This document shows positions 9,526 through 18,817 of a stretch of DNA of 64,000 nucleotides, one piece after another. Positions within the stretch are counted from its first letter, which is position 1. Each line of letters starts with the position of its first letter. A program made the position numbers and the translations under genes. This DNA is from a virus (taxonomy: Duplodnaviria; Caudoviricetes): IMG/VR virus record IMGVR_UViG_3300031088_000782, positions 1-64,000 of that record, one strand, 5' to 3'. The notes below the pieces were generated by a model, which searched no databases, was not told the origin of the DNA, and was given only the letters and a program-made list of their open reading frames with translations.

Positions 9526-10461
9526 ATGAGCACTATGAATACTGCAACGTTTTCAAATATTGAGGAAATCGGCTTCAGGGTCAAAGCTTCTCGACTTTCT
9601 CGTGGGCTTGGGGTTTCATCAGCCCATAAGGGTGTTATGACGCATGTTGCCTACACTCGATCAGAAGAGGGGCGCGGGTCTCTGAGTAATCTTGTTGCTA
9701 TCTGTGATGTTCTCAATCTGACAGTGGAGACAAGCTTCAAGTCAGTTTCGGGCGAGTGGGTTAAAATTCCACTTGCTGAAGCCCGAGATGCTGTTGTTTC
9801 TTATCGTGAAGCATCTGGGGTATCACCATCTGATTTAGCACGAGACATGAGTGTCCCTTATGCAAGTGTTCGTGTTTTTGAAAGTTCTGACAGGCCACAG
9901 GTTCGATCCATCAGTCGCTATGCACAGTCCCTTGGAATGGAATTTAAGTTCGCTGTTTCTGACGTCCACGGAGAATATGTCATTCCTTCGAAACGACTCA
10001 ACCAGACTGTCTTGGCAAAACTTGAAAAAGATCTTCATCAAGCATTGAATGGCTACCAAAGCTCTCATTTCGAAACAAAGCTGGGTAAAGAAATCAAGAA
10101 GATTCGAGAAAAGAAGAATATGACAAAAGCTGAAGTTTCACGACTTTCAGGTATCGGTCAGGCTTCAGTTGCTAAGGTTGAAAATTCTCGCACCACTCTG
10201 GAGACTTCACAAAAGGTTGTTGAAGCTCTCGGTAAGCAGCTTTTCGTTGTTTTTGAAGGGGACACGGTTCCAGCTTCGGAAATTCACACTGCTCTTGATA
10301 GAATTCGTTGTGAAAGAGGCATCACTCCGTCTGATTTCGCTCGACGTATCGGAACAACTTACCGCGCTGTGATGGTTTTCCCCAAAGCTCATCCGACCGT
10401 TCAGAGCATCAGTCGCTATGCACATGGGCTGGGAGTTGAGATCCGTCCTCTCATTGCCTGA
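9526..10461 (+). CDS. Multi-HTH (XRE/Cro-like x4) DNA-binding protein
   Basis: Four HTH_3-like units; units 2 and 4 share G.(S/T)PSD.AR...SISRYA..LG. Confidence 0.75.
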   Translation: MSTMNTATFSNIEEIGFRVKASRLSRGLGVSSAHKGVMTHVAYTRSEEGRGSLSNLVAICDVLNLTVETSFKSVSGEWVKIPLAEARDAVVSYREASGVSPSDLARDMSVPYASVRVFESSDRPQVRSISRYAQSLGMEFKFAVSDVHGEYVIPSKRLNQTVLAKLEKDLHQALNGYQSSHFETKLGKEIKKIREKKNMTKAEVSRLSGIGQASVAKVENSRTTLETSQKVVEALGKQLFVVFEGDTVPASEIHTALDRIRCERGITPSDFARRIGTTYRAVMVFPKAHPTVQSISRYAHGLGVEIRPLIA

Positions 10462-10488
10462 TATTCATTAATTGTTGATGAATTTTTC

Positions 10489-10535
10489 AAGAAAGATCCG
10501 ATGAAGCAAATCGTCAGCTTCATCGGATCTTTCTT
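10489..10535 (+). terminator. Intrinsic terminator
   Basis: 19-bp perfect stem AAGAAAGATCCGATGAAGC / GCTTCATCGGATCTTTCTT followed by T-rich sequence. Confidence 0.8.
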
Positions 10536-10591
10536 TTGTGATTTTTGTATGACCATAACCATTTAACAAATTTAAGGAAGGAGGATTGTGA

Positions 10592-10888
10592 ATGAGCATC
10601 AATGACATGAATGATGACTACTATTCGGGAAAAATACAGTATTGGCTTTCTCAACAACATCCGATTTTCGCTCACTGCGCACGAGGTTTTATTATATTTT
10701 CCGGGATTGCTGTTATACTTCTCGGAATTATTCTCATTCCCCTTCCCGGACCTGGTTGGCTGATTGTGTTTTTAGGGTTATCTTTGGTGGGCACCGTCTC
10801 CCGACCTGTTGATGAATTTGTAAAGAAAATCAAAAATTTCATTAAACAAAAATTCCAAAAGTTCGTACATAAAGAAAAACTTCGATAG
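10592..10888 (+). CDS. PGPGW-family small membrane protein
   Basis: Two TM segments around IPLPGPGW. Confidence 0.85.
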   Translation: MSINDMNDDYYSGKIQYWLSQQHPIFAHCARGFIIFSGIAVILLGIILIPLPGPGWLIVFLGLSLVGTVSRPVDEFVKKIKNFIKQKFQKFVHKEKLR

Positions 10889-10966
10889 AATCTTATTTTT
10901 TCAAATGTTGTTTCTTGCGATATTGAAAGTAACAATTGCTTAAATGATTTTGAAAGGATTTTCAGT

Positions 10967-11923
10967 ATGATTTCTTACACCTGTTCTTCGGAGGACATGA
11001 TCAATAACATTGAGAATTCCTTGCGTTCTGCTTTTTCGGATGTGGATAAAGGAATATTGGAGATGCGATTCATGTCAATGAGCAGAGGAACTGAAATATC
11101 CGCTAATTTTGTTACTGATTCTGACATTGATTCAAAAGAAGTAAGAACTCGAATTATAGATAAAATCAGTCTTTCAGCCATTTCAGAGTTGCGAGAAATC
11201 ATGAAAGACGAAGAGCAAGGAGTATGGCTCAGCGGACTTATCTCTTTTAATTGCTTGACAGAAGAATTCAAAATTTCATTCAATTATAACGAGAGATTCA
11301 ATGTCCTCACCGAAAATTGGGAATACAGTGAATCTGATGACGAGATTTTTCCTGACAGAGTAACATTGATCAATGATTTTGAAAAATATTCTCGAAACGA
11401 TAAAAACATTCCTGATTGGTATTTTGATCTTCTTCATGAACAACGTCAGATAAAAAATGCAATCAAGAAAGCAGTTCCAGAAGATGTTTTCAGTGAGCAA
11501 TTAGATGCTAATCCTCAAATAGAAGAGAAATTTGATTATCTTTCTGATTCAGAAGAATGGAAAATTGCATGGGGGCAGTTAGGTACTGTTTATATGAGAA
11601 CCCTATTGAAAGATAAGAGCCTTCTTGCTCTGTTTGTTGATGACAGTAAAATTCCAGAGAGAGCATCCTACATTTTTGATGAATTCGAACCTAATGTTCT
11701 TGATGAATTTTTAACATATTTCATGAATAGAACATCAACTAAACTCCGTGCTCACATGATCAACCTTGTTCAAGATTCTAATGGCTCTGAATCTTATGAT
11801 CTTGATTCAGAGGATGATTTCGATAGTGATCTTTTGGAAGAAGAATTCGAAGATGTAATCATTTCTATGATCATGTCTCAAACCAGACAACGTTTCCCCG
11901 ATTTAGATGAAGTGATTTTTTGA
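10967..11923 (+). CDS. YezG/DUF600-like polymorphic-toxin immunity domain with acidic C-terminal extension
   Basis: ELREIMKDEEQGVWLSG...FKISFNYN...DFEKYSRNDKNIPDWY pattern. Confidence 0.55.
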   Translation: MISYTCSSEDMINNIENSLRSAFSDVDKGILEMRFMSMSRGTEISANFVTDSDIDSKEVRTRIIDKISLSAISELREIMKDEEQGVWLSGLISFNCLTEEFKISFNYNERFNVLTENWEYSESDDEIFPDRVTLINDFEKYSRNDKNIPDWYFDLLHEQRQIKNAIKKAVPEDVFSEQLDANPQIEEKFDYLSDSEEWKIAWGQLGTVYMRTLLKDKSLLALFVDDSKIPERASYIFDEFEPNVLDEFLTYFMNRTSTKLRAHMINLVQDSNGSESYDLDSEDDFDSDLLEEEFEDVIISMIMSQTRQRFPDLDEVIF

Positions 11924-12348
11924 TGAATGATAATAAATTTTCAAAAAAGACAGAAGAAGAATCCGATGTAATACTTCAAATGGCTTTCAATTCTCTTTTA
12001 AGCTCATTAGATGGAGAGCCTGATGGCGATGTTATTTTCAAATACCAGGGCGCACACAAGGTTCTCAACTTTGCTTCTCTCAAAGAGTCTGATTTGATAA
12101 GAGTTAAAGAGGGAGATTTCTCAAATTTTATCTTTCTTTGTGAAAAGCTTCAAGAAACGATGTATTCACCAAAAACAGGCGCATGGTTAAGTTTTACTCT
12201 TATGCTGACTCATGACAGAAGATTCAATGCTGTATTTGATTTTGATAGTTATCCAACAGATTTAGACGGAGAACCTCTGTCTTTAGCTCCGGTTAGAGAG
12301 TTGTTTGAGCATTATCCCCGCAGAGACCTTCCTGAATGGTATTTCTAA
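11923..12348 (+). CDS. YezG/DUF600-like immunity protein
   Basis: ETMYSPKTGAWLSF...FNAVFDFDSYP...FEHYPRRDLPEWY; TGATG coupling with the upstream gene. Confidence 0.6.
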   Translation: MNDNKFSKKTEEESDVILQMAFNSLLSSLDGEPDGDVIFKYQGAHKVLNFASLKESDLIRVKEGDFSNFIFLCEKLQETMYSPKTGAWLSFTLMLTHDRRFNAVFDFDSYPTDLDGEPLSLAPVRELFEHYPRRDLPEWYF

Positions 12349-12461
12349 GCGTTTAATAGCGTTTGTAGAGACTAAACCGCTTTATAGGATAAAATGGCAT
12401 AGGTGTGATTTTATATCCTCTCTACGGGGCTTTTAGAGCTTTTCGAATTTCAAATATAAAT

Positions 12462-12513
12462 AAAAATTCAGCCACATGATTTCTACATAAAGTTATCATG
12501 TGGCTGAATTTTT
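12462..12513. terminator. Bidirectional terminator between convergent genes
   Basis: 19-bp stem AAAAATTCAGCCACATGAT / ATCATGTGGCTGAATTTTT. Confidence 0.75.
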
Positions 12514-12529
12514 GAAATTTATCAACAGT

Positions 12530-12691
12530 TCAAGAAGCTGGACGTTCTATAAGCAAGTTCCCGGTCAGATAATCATGAAGATCCTGTGCTGATGGAGAAT
12601 TCTCATATTCATCAAACTGTTCATCCCGCATATACATCTCTTCTTCCTCACGGCTCAGAGGGGCATCATTATCATTGTATTCCATATTCAT
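12530..12691 (-). CDS. Small acidic protein (53 aa), absent from the ORF track
   Basis: MNMEYNDNDAPLSREEEEMYMRDEQFDEYENSPSAQDLHDYLTGNLLIERPAS*; RBS AAAGGTG; stop lies just before the terminator at 12462-12513. Confidence 0.65.
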   Translation of the reverse strand: MNMEYNDNDAPLSREEEEMYMRDEQFDEYENSPSAQDLHDYLTGNLLIERPAS

Positions 12692-13141
12692 ACACCTTTA
12701 CTTTCTCAATATTTAAAAATACACAATCCTTACTTTTTCTTTTTACCAAAATATTCCGACAGATCTTCTCTTTACAAAAACATTCTCTTCTTTTTAAATT
12801 TTGTTTATTCAGATTGGTGTATTTGATAGCATTTGCAGAGTTTAATTGTATTTGACAGTATCCTTCTCAATTATATCCATTTAACAAACAGTAAAACCGA
12901 TAGTGTTAGATAGTTTCAATTTTCTAATTTTTTGTTAATATTAAGAAATGTTTTTATAGTATTATATAACTATTCGAAAATAAGTGTGCGCTTTGATAAA
13001 ATTGAACAAACTTGAAAAACAACGGTGGAATGCGACGTTTTCAAATGGTGCTTATACAGTGTTCCAAAAAATTTGTCAACCCCTCTACTTCCCTTTATTT
13101 ACGCGGAAAAATTAATAAAAAACTTTTAAAATAATGTTGTT

Positions 13142-13170
13142 TTGCATAACCATTTGAGGTAAGATAGTCT
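13142..13170 (+). promoter_or_regulatory. Probable SigA-type promoter
   Basis: TTGCAT-17 nt-TAGTCT, upstream of GGAGG RBS and ATG 13213. Confidence 0.5.
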
Positions 13171-13212
13171 TAGACAAGGGAAACAAAGAAGCTCAATAAC
13201 TCGGAGGTTATA

Positions 13213-13632
13213 ATGTTCAAAAATGTTCTTATGGAAACAGCATCCACCCGCGCTCATTCTGCTATTCTAAACACACTCGAAATTGAGGTCATCACACGCA
13301 GGGACACTGCAGTCACTGTTTATGATAAGGCTTACCTGAGAATGTACACTGTTGCACGTAAAGCATTCGCTGATAGCTGGGATGTTCTTATGCCACATGT
13401 TGATTCTATCTCTTATGCTGTTGCATGGGATAAGTACTACGAGACCTCACGACGCAAGAAGAATGTTATTGAAACCGTGAATGAATACATTGAACTGATT
13501 TTCCAAGATATTGCCGCTGACCTTGAGGCCATGTTCCCCATCTCGTCAATGGAAGAAATCTCTGGTGCTGAAAAGGCACTCAGTGAAATCGTTGGAGTTG
13601 AAAACCGAAACAACCTTCTTGCTCTCGTCTGA
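13213..13632 (+). CDS. Hypothetical protein
   Basis: 139 aa, strong GGAGG RBS, own promoter and terminator. Confidence 0.8.
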   Translation: MFKNVLMETASTRAHSAILNTLEIEVITRRDTAVTVYDKAYLRMYTVARKAFADSWDVLMPHVDSISYAVAWDKYYETSRRKKNVIETVNEYIELIFQDIAADLEAMFPISSMEEISGAEKALSEIVGVENRNNLLALV

Positions 13633-13653
13633 CAAAAACAAAACCTCCGAAAC

Positions 13654-13693
13654 AATAAAAGACAGTCTGTTAAAAAGCAGGCTGTCTTTTATT
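13654..13693 (+). terminator. Intrinsic terminator
   Basis: AATAAAAGACAGTCTG / CAGGCTGTCTTTTATT (one G-U pair). Confidence 0.75.
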
Positions 13694-13721
13694 CTTCAAT
13701 ATAAAAGAGTTCTCTCGAATA

Positions 13722-13750
13722 TTGACTTTTAAACTGAAATCTAATATAAT
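13722..13750 (+). promoter_or_regulatory. Consensus SigA-type promoter
   Basis: TTGACT 13722-27, 17 nt, TATAAT 13745-50; implies the downstream gene starts at GTG 13797. Confidence 0.75.
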
Positions 13751-13796
13751 GAAAACATACGATTTTATAAATAAGAAAGAACAATGGAGAAATATT

Positions 13797-14903
13797 GTGA
13801 ATTTGACTAAAACTGTTAACGGAGCTTCAGGCATCTATATTGCCTCTTTGTCTTCCCCTGAAAACTCAGATCATGAATTCGCCGTTGAAAGCTATAGACA
13901 CAACCGTCTTGGAAGCGTTACTCTTGATTCTATTCTTCTGGATCAAAAAGCAGTATCTGAATTTTTCGAAACAGTCACTGCCGATGATTTCTTTTTGTCA
14001 ATGCTGAAAAGAAACAGCTTCTCAAATGAATTGTCTCTTTCAACAAATCATTTTGAAACTGCAGAGAAAATTTCTGCCCAAGGTGTTCCCTCATCATTAG
14101 GGTTTTCTTTCTCTGCTCTCACAGACGGAAACTATGAAGCATTCGAAGCATTACTGAACACTAATGCCGCTATTCAAATGGATAACGAAACAACAAACAA
14201 TTCTTTGGAGATTTTTGCTAGAATTTTTTCCCAAAAAGGATTGAAAGTTGCGGAAAAAGTATTTACATCTTTGGGCGGAAACATTCAAGACCAAAATCGC
14301 TTTACACAGACTATTCTTAATCTGTCTTCTAACGCAGTTAAATCGCTTCTAGAAGTTCCTGATGAATCTTTTGTCTCAGCGTTGACTATCCTTTCAATTT
14401 CTAATCTTTCTGAAGAAGAATCAAACATTATTGCTGAACTCATAAATGAGTTTAGCAAAAGAGATTGGGTAAAGATTGGAGAACTGTTTACTATCCTGTC
14501 AGACTCAACATCGAATCTCTCTGAGATGTTAGCAGAAATAAATAAAGATCATTCAAGAATAGAATCTGACATCCTTGTAGAGATGATGAAAATGCCTCTC
14601 CATACTAACCAAAGAACCAGAGCCTTGTGGATCGACCATGAAACAAATCAGAATAATGTTAAAAAACTGATTGCAGTAATAATTTACAAATACACAGCAC
14701 AAGAGATTACAGAATCATATGAGAAAATTGTTGAATATGCTGAAGAGCACGAAAAGAATCTTCCTATCAGCGGATTCAAACCTATCAATCATTTCAGTAT
14801 TCTCCAATTTGGTGCAATACTTTTGCAGAATGATTGTGACATGGAAGTTTCGTTGTCTCTCAGTATGGCAGGTTTCGAGATCAATCCGTCTAAGTGGGAA
14901 TGA
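13797..14903 (+). CDS. Hypothetical protein
   Basis: Long ORF; GGAGA RBS before in-frame GTG 13797. Confidence 0.7.
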   Translation: MNLTKTVNGASGIYIASLSSPENSDHEFAVESYRHNRLGSVTLDSILLDQKAVSEFFETVTADDFFLSMLKRNSFSNELSLSTNHFETAEKISAQGVPSSLGFSFSALTDGNYEAFEALLNTNAAIQMDNETTNNSLEIFARIFSQKGLKVAEKVFTSLGGNIQDQNRFTQTILNLSSNAVKSLLEVPDESFVSALTILSISNLSEEESNIIAELINEFSKRDWVKIGELFTILSDSTSNLSEMLAEINKDHSRIESDILVEMMKMPLHTNQRTRALWIDHETNQNNVKKLIAVIIYKYTAQEITESYEKIVEYAEEHEKNLPISGFKPINHFSILQFGAILLQNDCDMEVSLSLSMAGFEINPSKWE

Positions 14904-14930
14904 TTTGTGCAAGTTTAAATAAAAAAATAG

Positions 14931-14968
14931 AAAACCGGCGAACAAAGTAAAAGTTGTTCGCCGGTTTT
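14931..14968. terminator. Bidirectional terminator
   Basis: AAAACCGGCGAACAA / TTGTTCGCCGGTTTT between convergent genes. Confidence 0.8.
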
Positions 14969-14981
14969 TAGATGTTTAATT

Positions 14982-15341
14982 TTATGCAGGTAGCAATTGA
15001 CTGTTGAGAGTATTGATTCTACCATTGGTTTTCTCAATAATCGATTTGAGACGATCATGAGCAACACTAGAAACAACCTTAAATCCCTCTATCGGATGAA
15101 AGATAAGATTGACGCTAGAAAAATCTGTCCCCTGAAACCAATAACTCTCCGGAATTTCCTTCGTGAAAATATTGATAAAATCTTGTTTCTTATTCTGATA
15201 AAATTCTTGCGCCTCTTCCGGCATCGTCTCATATCTAAAAACCCCAATGAATTCATCAAGGATTTTGTAAAGCTTCTCTGTCTCTGTTGTTGAAATAGCA
15301 GCCATGATAATTGCTTCCTTTTTCTCTTTTCTTATTGACAT
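14982..15341 (-). CDS. Hypothetical protein
   Basis: 119-aa ORF convergent on the terminator. Confidence 0.6.
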   Translation of the reverse strand: MSIRKEKKEAIIMAAISTTETEKLYKILDEFIGVFRYETMPEEAQEFYQNKKQDFINIFTKEIPESYWFQGTDFSSVNLIFHPIEGFKVVSSVAHDRLKSIIEKTNGRINTLNSQLLPA

Positions 15342-15595
15342 ATATTTTCGCTGTATTCTATTTTAAGGAACGCTATCAAGCGATCCTTTGAATTAAATAT
15401 CATGATAATGTTTCATAAAAATTCAACTCTCTCATAAAACATTTTCACGATCCAATTAATTCCTTTTTAATTTCAAAAAATTGTAAAAATGTTTTGAAAC
15501 ACTTCCGATTTAGCTATAAAAACAATTTTACTAAACAAAATAAAGATATTGAAAAACAATAAAATAATCAATAATTACAGCAGGAACGGACATAT

Positions 15596-15931
15596 ATGCT
15601 TTTAGGAAAACTTAATTACGTGGCAAAAGAATTTGAATACAAAATGTTGAAATTACCCTACAACACTAGAGTTATCTTAACTGTCATCGGTCTTCTGTTC
15701 CCCTACTTACTCCCTATGTCATTTTTAATTCTCAAAAAATCCGAATATGCTGTCACAGCAACCATAACCATAATAATCAATCTCGCTGCAATTCTCTTTT
15801 GGGAGTATTCATCAATATTTGTAATATTTTTTGCCATGTTAACATTATTGAGCTATCTTGCACTGGCTATGATTTGGGTAATGTGTCTGTTCTATCTTAT
15901 TAGCACACTCCACAAAAAGACATTTTACTGA
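15596..15931 (+). CDS. Small integral membrane protein
   Basis: About 3 hydrophobic segments; AGGA/GGA RBS-like sequence; hairpin 15939-15979 follows. Confidence 0.65.
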   Translation: MLLGKLNYVAKEFEYKMLKLPYNTRVILTVIGLLFPYLLPMSFLILKKSEYAVTATITIIINLAAILFWEYSSIFVIFFAMLTLLSYLALAMIWVMCLFYLISTLHKKTFY

Positions 15932-15993
15932 TAAAATAAAAGCCCTTGAATAATTTATTAATTTTTACCCAAGGGCTTTAAAATCACCAATTA

Positions 15994-16449
15994 TCAATGA
16001 GTTACAGTGATGCTCGCCTTCCCGATCAATTCATCCGCTGCATTACGCCATTCAGAAGACACATTCTCAGGCATTTGGCAAAACAAACATTCGGGATTTA
16101 ACATAATATGACCATCAGAAACAGATTCACTTAATTCATCCATCTGCAAATCTATCATACTCACAATTCTCTTATATTCAGAAATTCTTGACTCAGCTTT
16201 TTCAATCACTACTTTTTCAATAAATTCAGGAAAATTATTGCTTTTGATCTTTTCGATTTCAAGCTCAGGAGACCAATCAGGACGATTGTTGAAATCAATT
16301 CTTTCGTCTTCCACAACATCACCTTTGTAATCCCACATGAAACCATTATTGACATTAGTGAAAACATATTCCAAAACATCTAAACGATTCTTAAACATTC
16401 CCGGTTGAGTCAGAATCAACTTTCTCACCAAATCATTAACTGAACTCAT
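15994..16449 (-). CDS. Hypothetical protein
   Basis: GAGG RBS before ATG 16449. Confidence 0.65.
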   Translation of the reverse strand: MSSVNDLVRKLILTQPGMFKNRLDVLEYVFTNVNNGFMWDYKGDVVEDERIDFNNRPDWSPELEIEKIKSNNFPEFIEKVVIEKAESRISEYKRIVSMIDLQMDELSESVSDGHIMLNPECLFCQMPENVSSEWRNAADELIGKASITVTH

Positions 16450-16581
16450 CAACACACCAACCTCTTTATAAAAATAATTTCGCAAATTGTTTTTCTATCT
16501 TAACGAAAAAGCAGCGCAAGATATTTATCATAGTATTTTGAAAATAAACATTTAACCGATCAAAAACAAAAGGAGAGAACA

Positions 16582-16641
16582 ATGAAAAGAACAGTTTTGC
16601 AACTTGTTATGCTTTTAGTCGCTAAAATATTTGTCAAGTGA
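16582..16641 (+). CDS. 19-aa hydrophobic peptide (type I toxin-like), absent from the ORF track
   Basis: AAAGGAGAG RBS; MKRTVLQLVMLLVAKIFVK*; short hairpin ACTTAG/CTAAGT follows. Confidence 0.45.
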   Translation: MKRTVLQLVMLLVAKIFVK

Positions 16642-16911
16642 ATTACCGACTTAGCTAAAGACTAAGTGGCTTCCTTTATAAACAATAAATGAACAGATTT
16701 GACATAAAATTTCATTAATTATTTTCTCATCCCTCATAAAGCCATTTTGCCGCACAATAAAGCGGATTCCTCTGGATCTCATAACTCATGATATTAACCA
16801 ACAAAGGTTCATTAACCAACATCTAATAAATTAAAAAATTTTAACGAAAAAGTTAATGAATGTTATTAAAATTTAAATAAAATTTAATAAACGTTATGAA
16901 AGGAACTGGAA

Positions 16912-17601
16912 ATGAGTGACGGAATGAATTTTGATGATATTGAGTTTGCGGAAAATTCGGACGCGAGAGCACCCCTAATAATTTGCGTTGACGAAAGCGG
17001 CTCTATGGGAGACAAAAGACCAGGTGAGGACAGATCGCCCATAGAAGCTTTAGATTCTGGATTAGACAGCTTAGTCTCTTCCCTGGCATCTGATCCCCTT
17101 GCGAGACGGAGATGCGAGATTTCTTTTGTGACATACTCTTCTCAGGTTAATAATGTCACAGATTTTGCAACTATTGACAATCTTATTTTGCCAAATCTTC
17201 AAGCAGGCGGATTAACGGCTACAGGAGCTGCACTGAACGCTTGTTTAGACAAACTTGAAGAAAGAAAGAAAACATATAAGCAAAACGGAATTTCTATGTA
17301 TCGACCATTTTTGGTACTATTAACTGATGGATTGCAAACAGACAATGTTGATAAAGCTGCAAAAAGAATTGCCGAATATGAAGCAAGTAAAAAAGTCGCA
17401 TTCTTTCCTGTTGGTATTTCAGGATTTGATCCAGAGGGATTAAAGGAAATATGTCCTCCCGGAAAAGAACCTTTAGCTTTGTCAGGATTAAAGTTTGACG
17501 AATTTTTCCAATGGCTGTCTGCCTCACAATCAGCGGTCTCAGAATCTAACGTTGGCGACAAGGTAGCTTTGCCTAATCCTTCGGGATGGGCCGAAATCTA
17601 A
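16912..17601 (+). CDS. vWA-domain protein, TerY/YegL family
   Basis: MIDAS DESGS, GGLTATGAA, YRPFLVLLTDG, FFQWLSAS. Confidence 0.88.
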   Translation: MSDGMNFDDIEFAENSDARAPLIICVDESGSMGDKRPGEDRSPIEALDSGLDSLVSSLASDPLARRRCEISFVTYSSQVNNVTDFATIDNLILPNLQAGGLTATGAALNACLDKLEERKKTYKQNGISMYRPFLVLLTDGLQTDNVDKAAKRIAEYEASKKVAFFPVGISGFDPEGLKEICPPGKEPLALSGLKFDEFFQWLSASQSAVSESNVGDKVALPNPSGWAEI

Positions 17602-17614
17602 TCTTATAAAAATT

Positions 17615-17664
17615 AAAAAATGCTGCAAAAATTCTCGTTTTGAATCTTTTTTGCAGCATTTTTT
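17615..17664 (+). terminator. Intrinsic terminator
   Basis: AAAAAATGCTGCAAAAA / TTTTTGCAGCATTTTTT. Confidence 0.75.
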
Positions 17665-17803
17665 GTTACAGTTTGAGAAAAATTTCGAACAGGTTAGGTT
17701 TTTCCGAATACTCTTCTATTTTCAAAATTTCATTAAATCTTTTAGTAACAGATATTGAAATTTTATAGAACAATTTCGTCAGTTTTCAAAAGTAAGGTTT
17801 ATT

Positions 17804-18622
17804 GTGAAGTATAAAAAAACTATCTTTTTGTCTAATCTTGAGGGGCAATATAAATTGTGGAAGTCAGAGATTGCGCCTGCCTGCAATGGAGCGGATGAGG
17901 TTATCCAATTGGGAAATGTTATTGGTTGCAATAATCTTGTAAAAGATAAAGAAAAAATTGGGCCAAATGAGGCTGTTTTGAAATATTTGATTCTTTATCG
18001 ATCTACACAGGAGAATTGGACACAAATAGCAGGAACTAACGAAATGGCAGCTTTGAATTTTCCTGAAGAATGGACAAATGCTGTGAGTAGGCAAATTTTG
18101 AGAAATGCATGGTTCAATAAAAATCCTTCTATGGTTACAGCAGCAGTTAACAAAGAGAGGTTGATCACACATGGCGGTTTGACTTATGGGGAATGGCTGA
18201 GTATAGGCAGTCCTCAATCGCCACAGGAGGCTGCTGACAGACTTAATGAAAAATATTATGGGAGTATTTATCAGGGAGCATGTTTTAAGTTGGGAAATCC
18301 GCCTAATTATGCGGCTAACCCTATTTGGGCGGATCCTGTTATGGAAACTTATCCCTCTTGGATTACTGCTCCTGTGGCGATGCCTTTTGATCAGATTCAT
18401 GGTTCGAACAATCTTAATGCAAAAGAGAGTCGGGGCTTGATATCCGATAAACAATCTCCGTTATCTTTTTTTGATAAAGTGAACTTTAACTCCTATGGTT
18501 CACGAGTGTTTATAAAAGAAATGCAGATACTTGGTGTAAACCTTGAATTGCCACAGAAACTTATTTCGTCAATTCCTCAACCGCAATCTCTTTATATAGA
18601 AAAAATGTTGGTTCAAGAGTAA
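17804..18622 (+). CDS. Degenerate calcineurin-like metallophosphoesterase-fold protein
   Basis: Motif order is kept but altered: FLSNLEG (for DxHG), QLGNVIG (for GDxxD), AGTNE (for GNHE), ITHGG, QIHG. Confidence 0.55.
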   Translation: MKYKKTIFLSNLEGQYKLWKSEIAPACNGADEVIQLGNVIGCNNLVKDKEKIGPNEAVLKYLILYRSTQENWTQIAGTNEMAALNFPEEWTNAVSRQILRNAWFNKNPSMVTAAVNKERLITHGGLTYGEWLSIGSPQSPQEAADRLNEKYYGSIYQGACFKLGNPPNYAANPIWADPVMETYPSWITAPVAMPFDQIHGSNNLNAKESRGLISDKQSPLSFFDKVNFNSYGSRVFIKEMQILGVNLELPQKLISSIPQPQSLYIEKMLVQE

Positions 18623-18817
18623 TCGAAAAAATAATCATAGTGAGAGTGATGACATTTTACTATACAAAAACTTACACGGTATGGACCTAGAACTTATGAA
18701 GGGGTTCTTAGGGGAGACAGAAGATAGAAACTATTATTGCAGAAGAAATATTTTTAAAAAAATAATTGGTAGAATCAGAAAGCAATAATGAAATAAGATG
18801 AGGGGAGTGCGAGAACT

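Noticed and set aside
12700-13210. 510-bp intergenic gap as an oriT, origin or structured ncRNA
   Set aside because: Only short hairpins and divergent promoter-like elements are visible; I found no iterons, known nic motif or tRNA-like fold.
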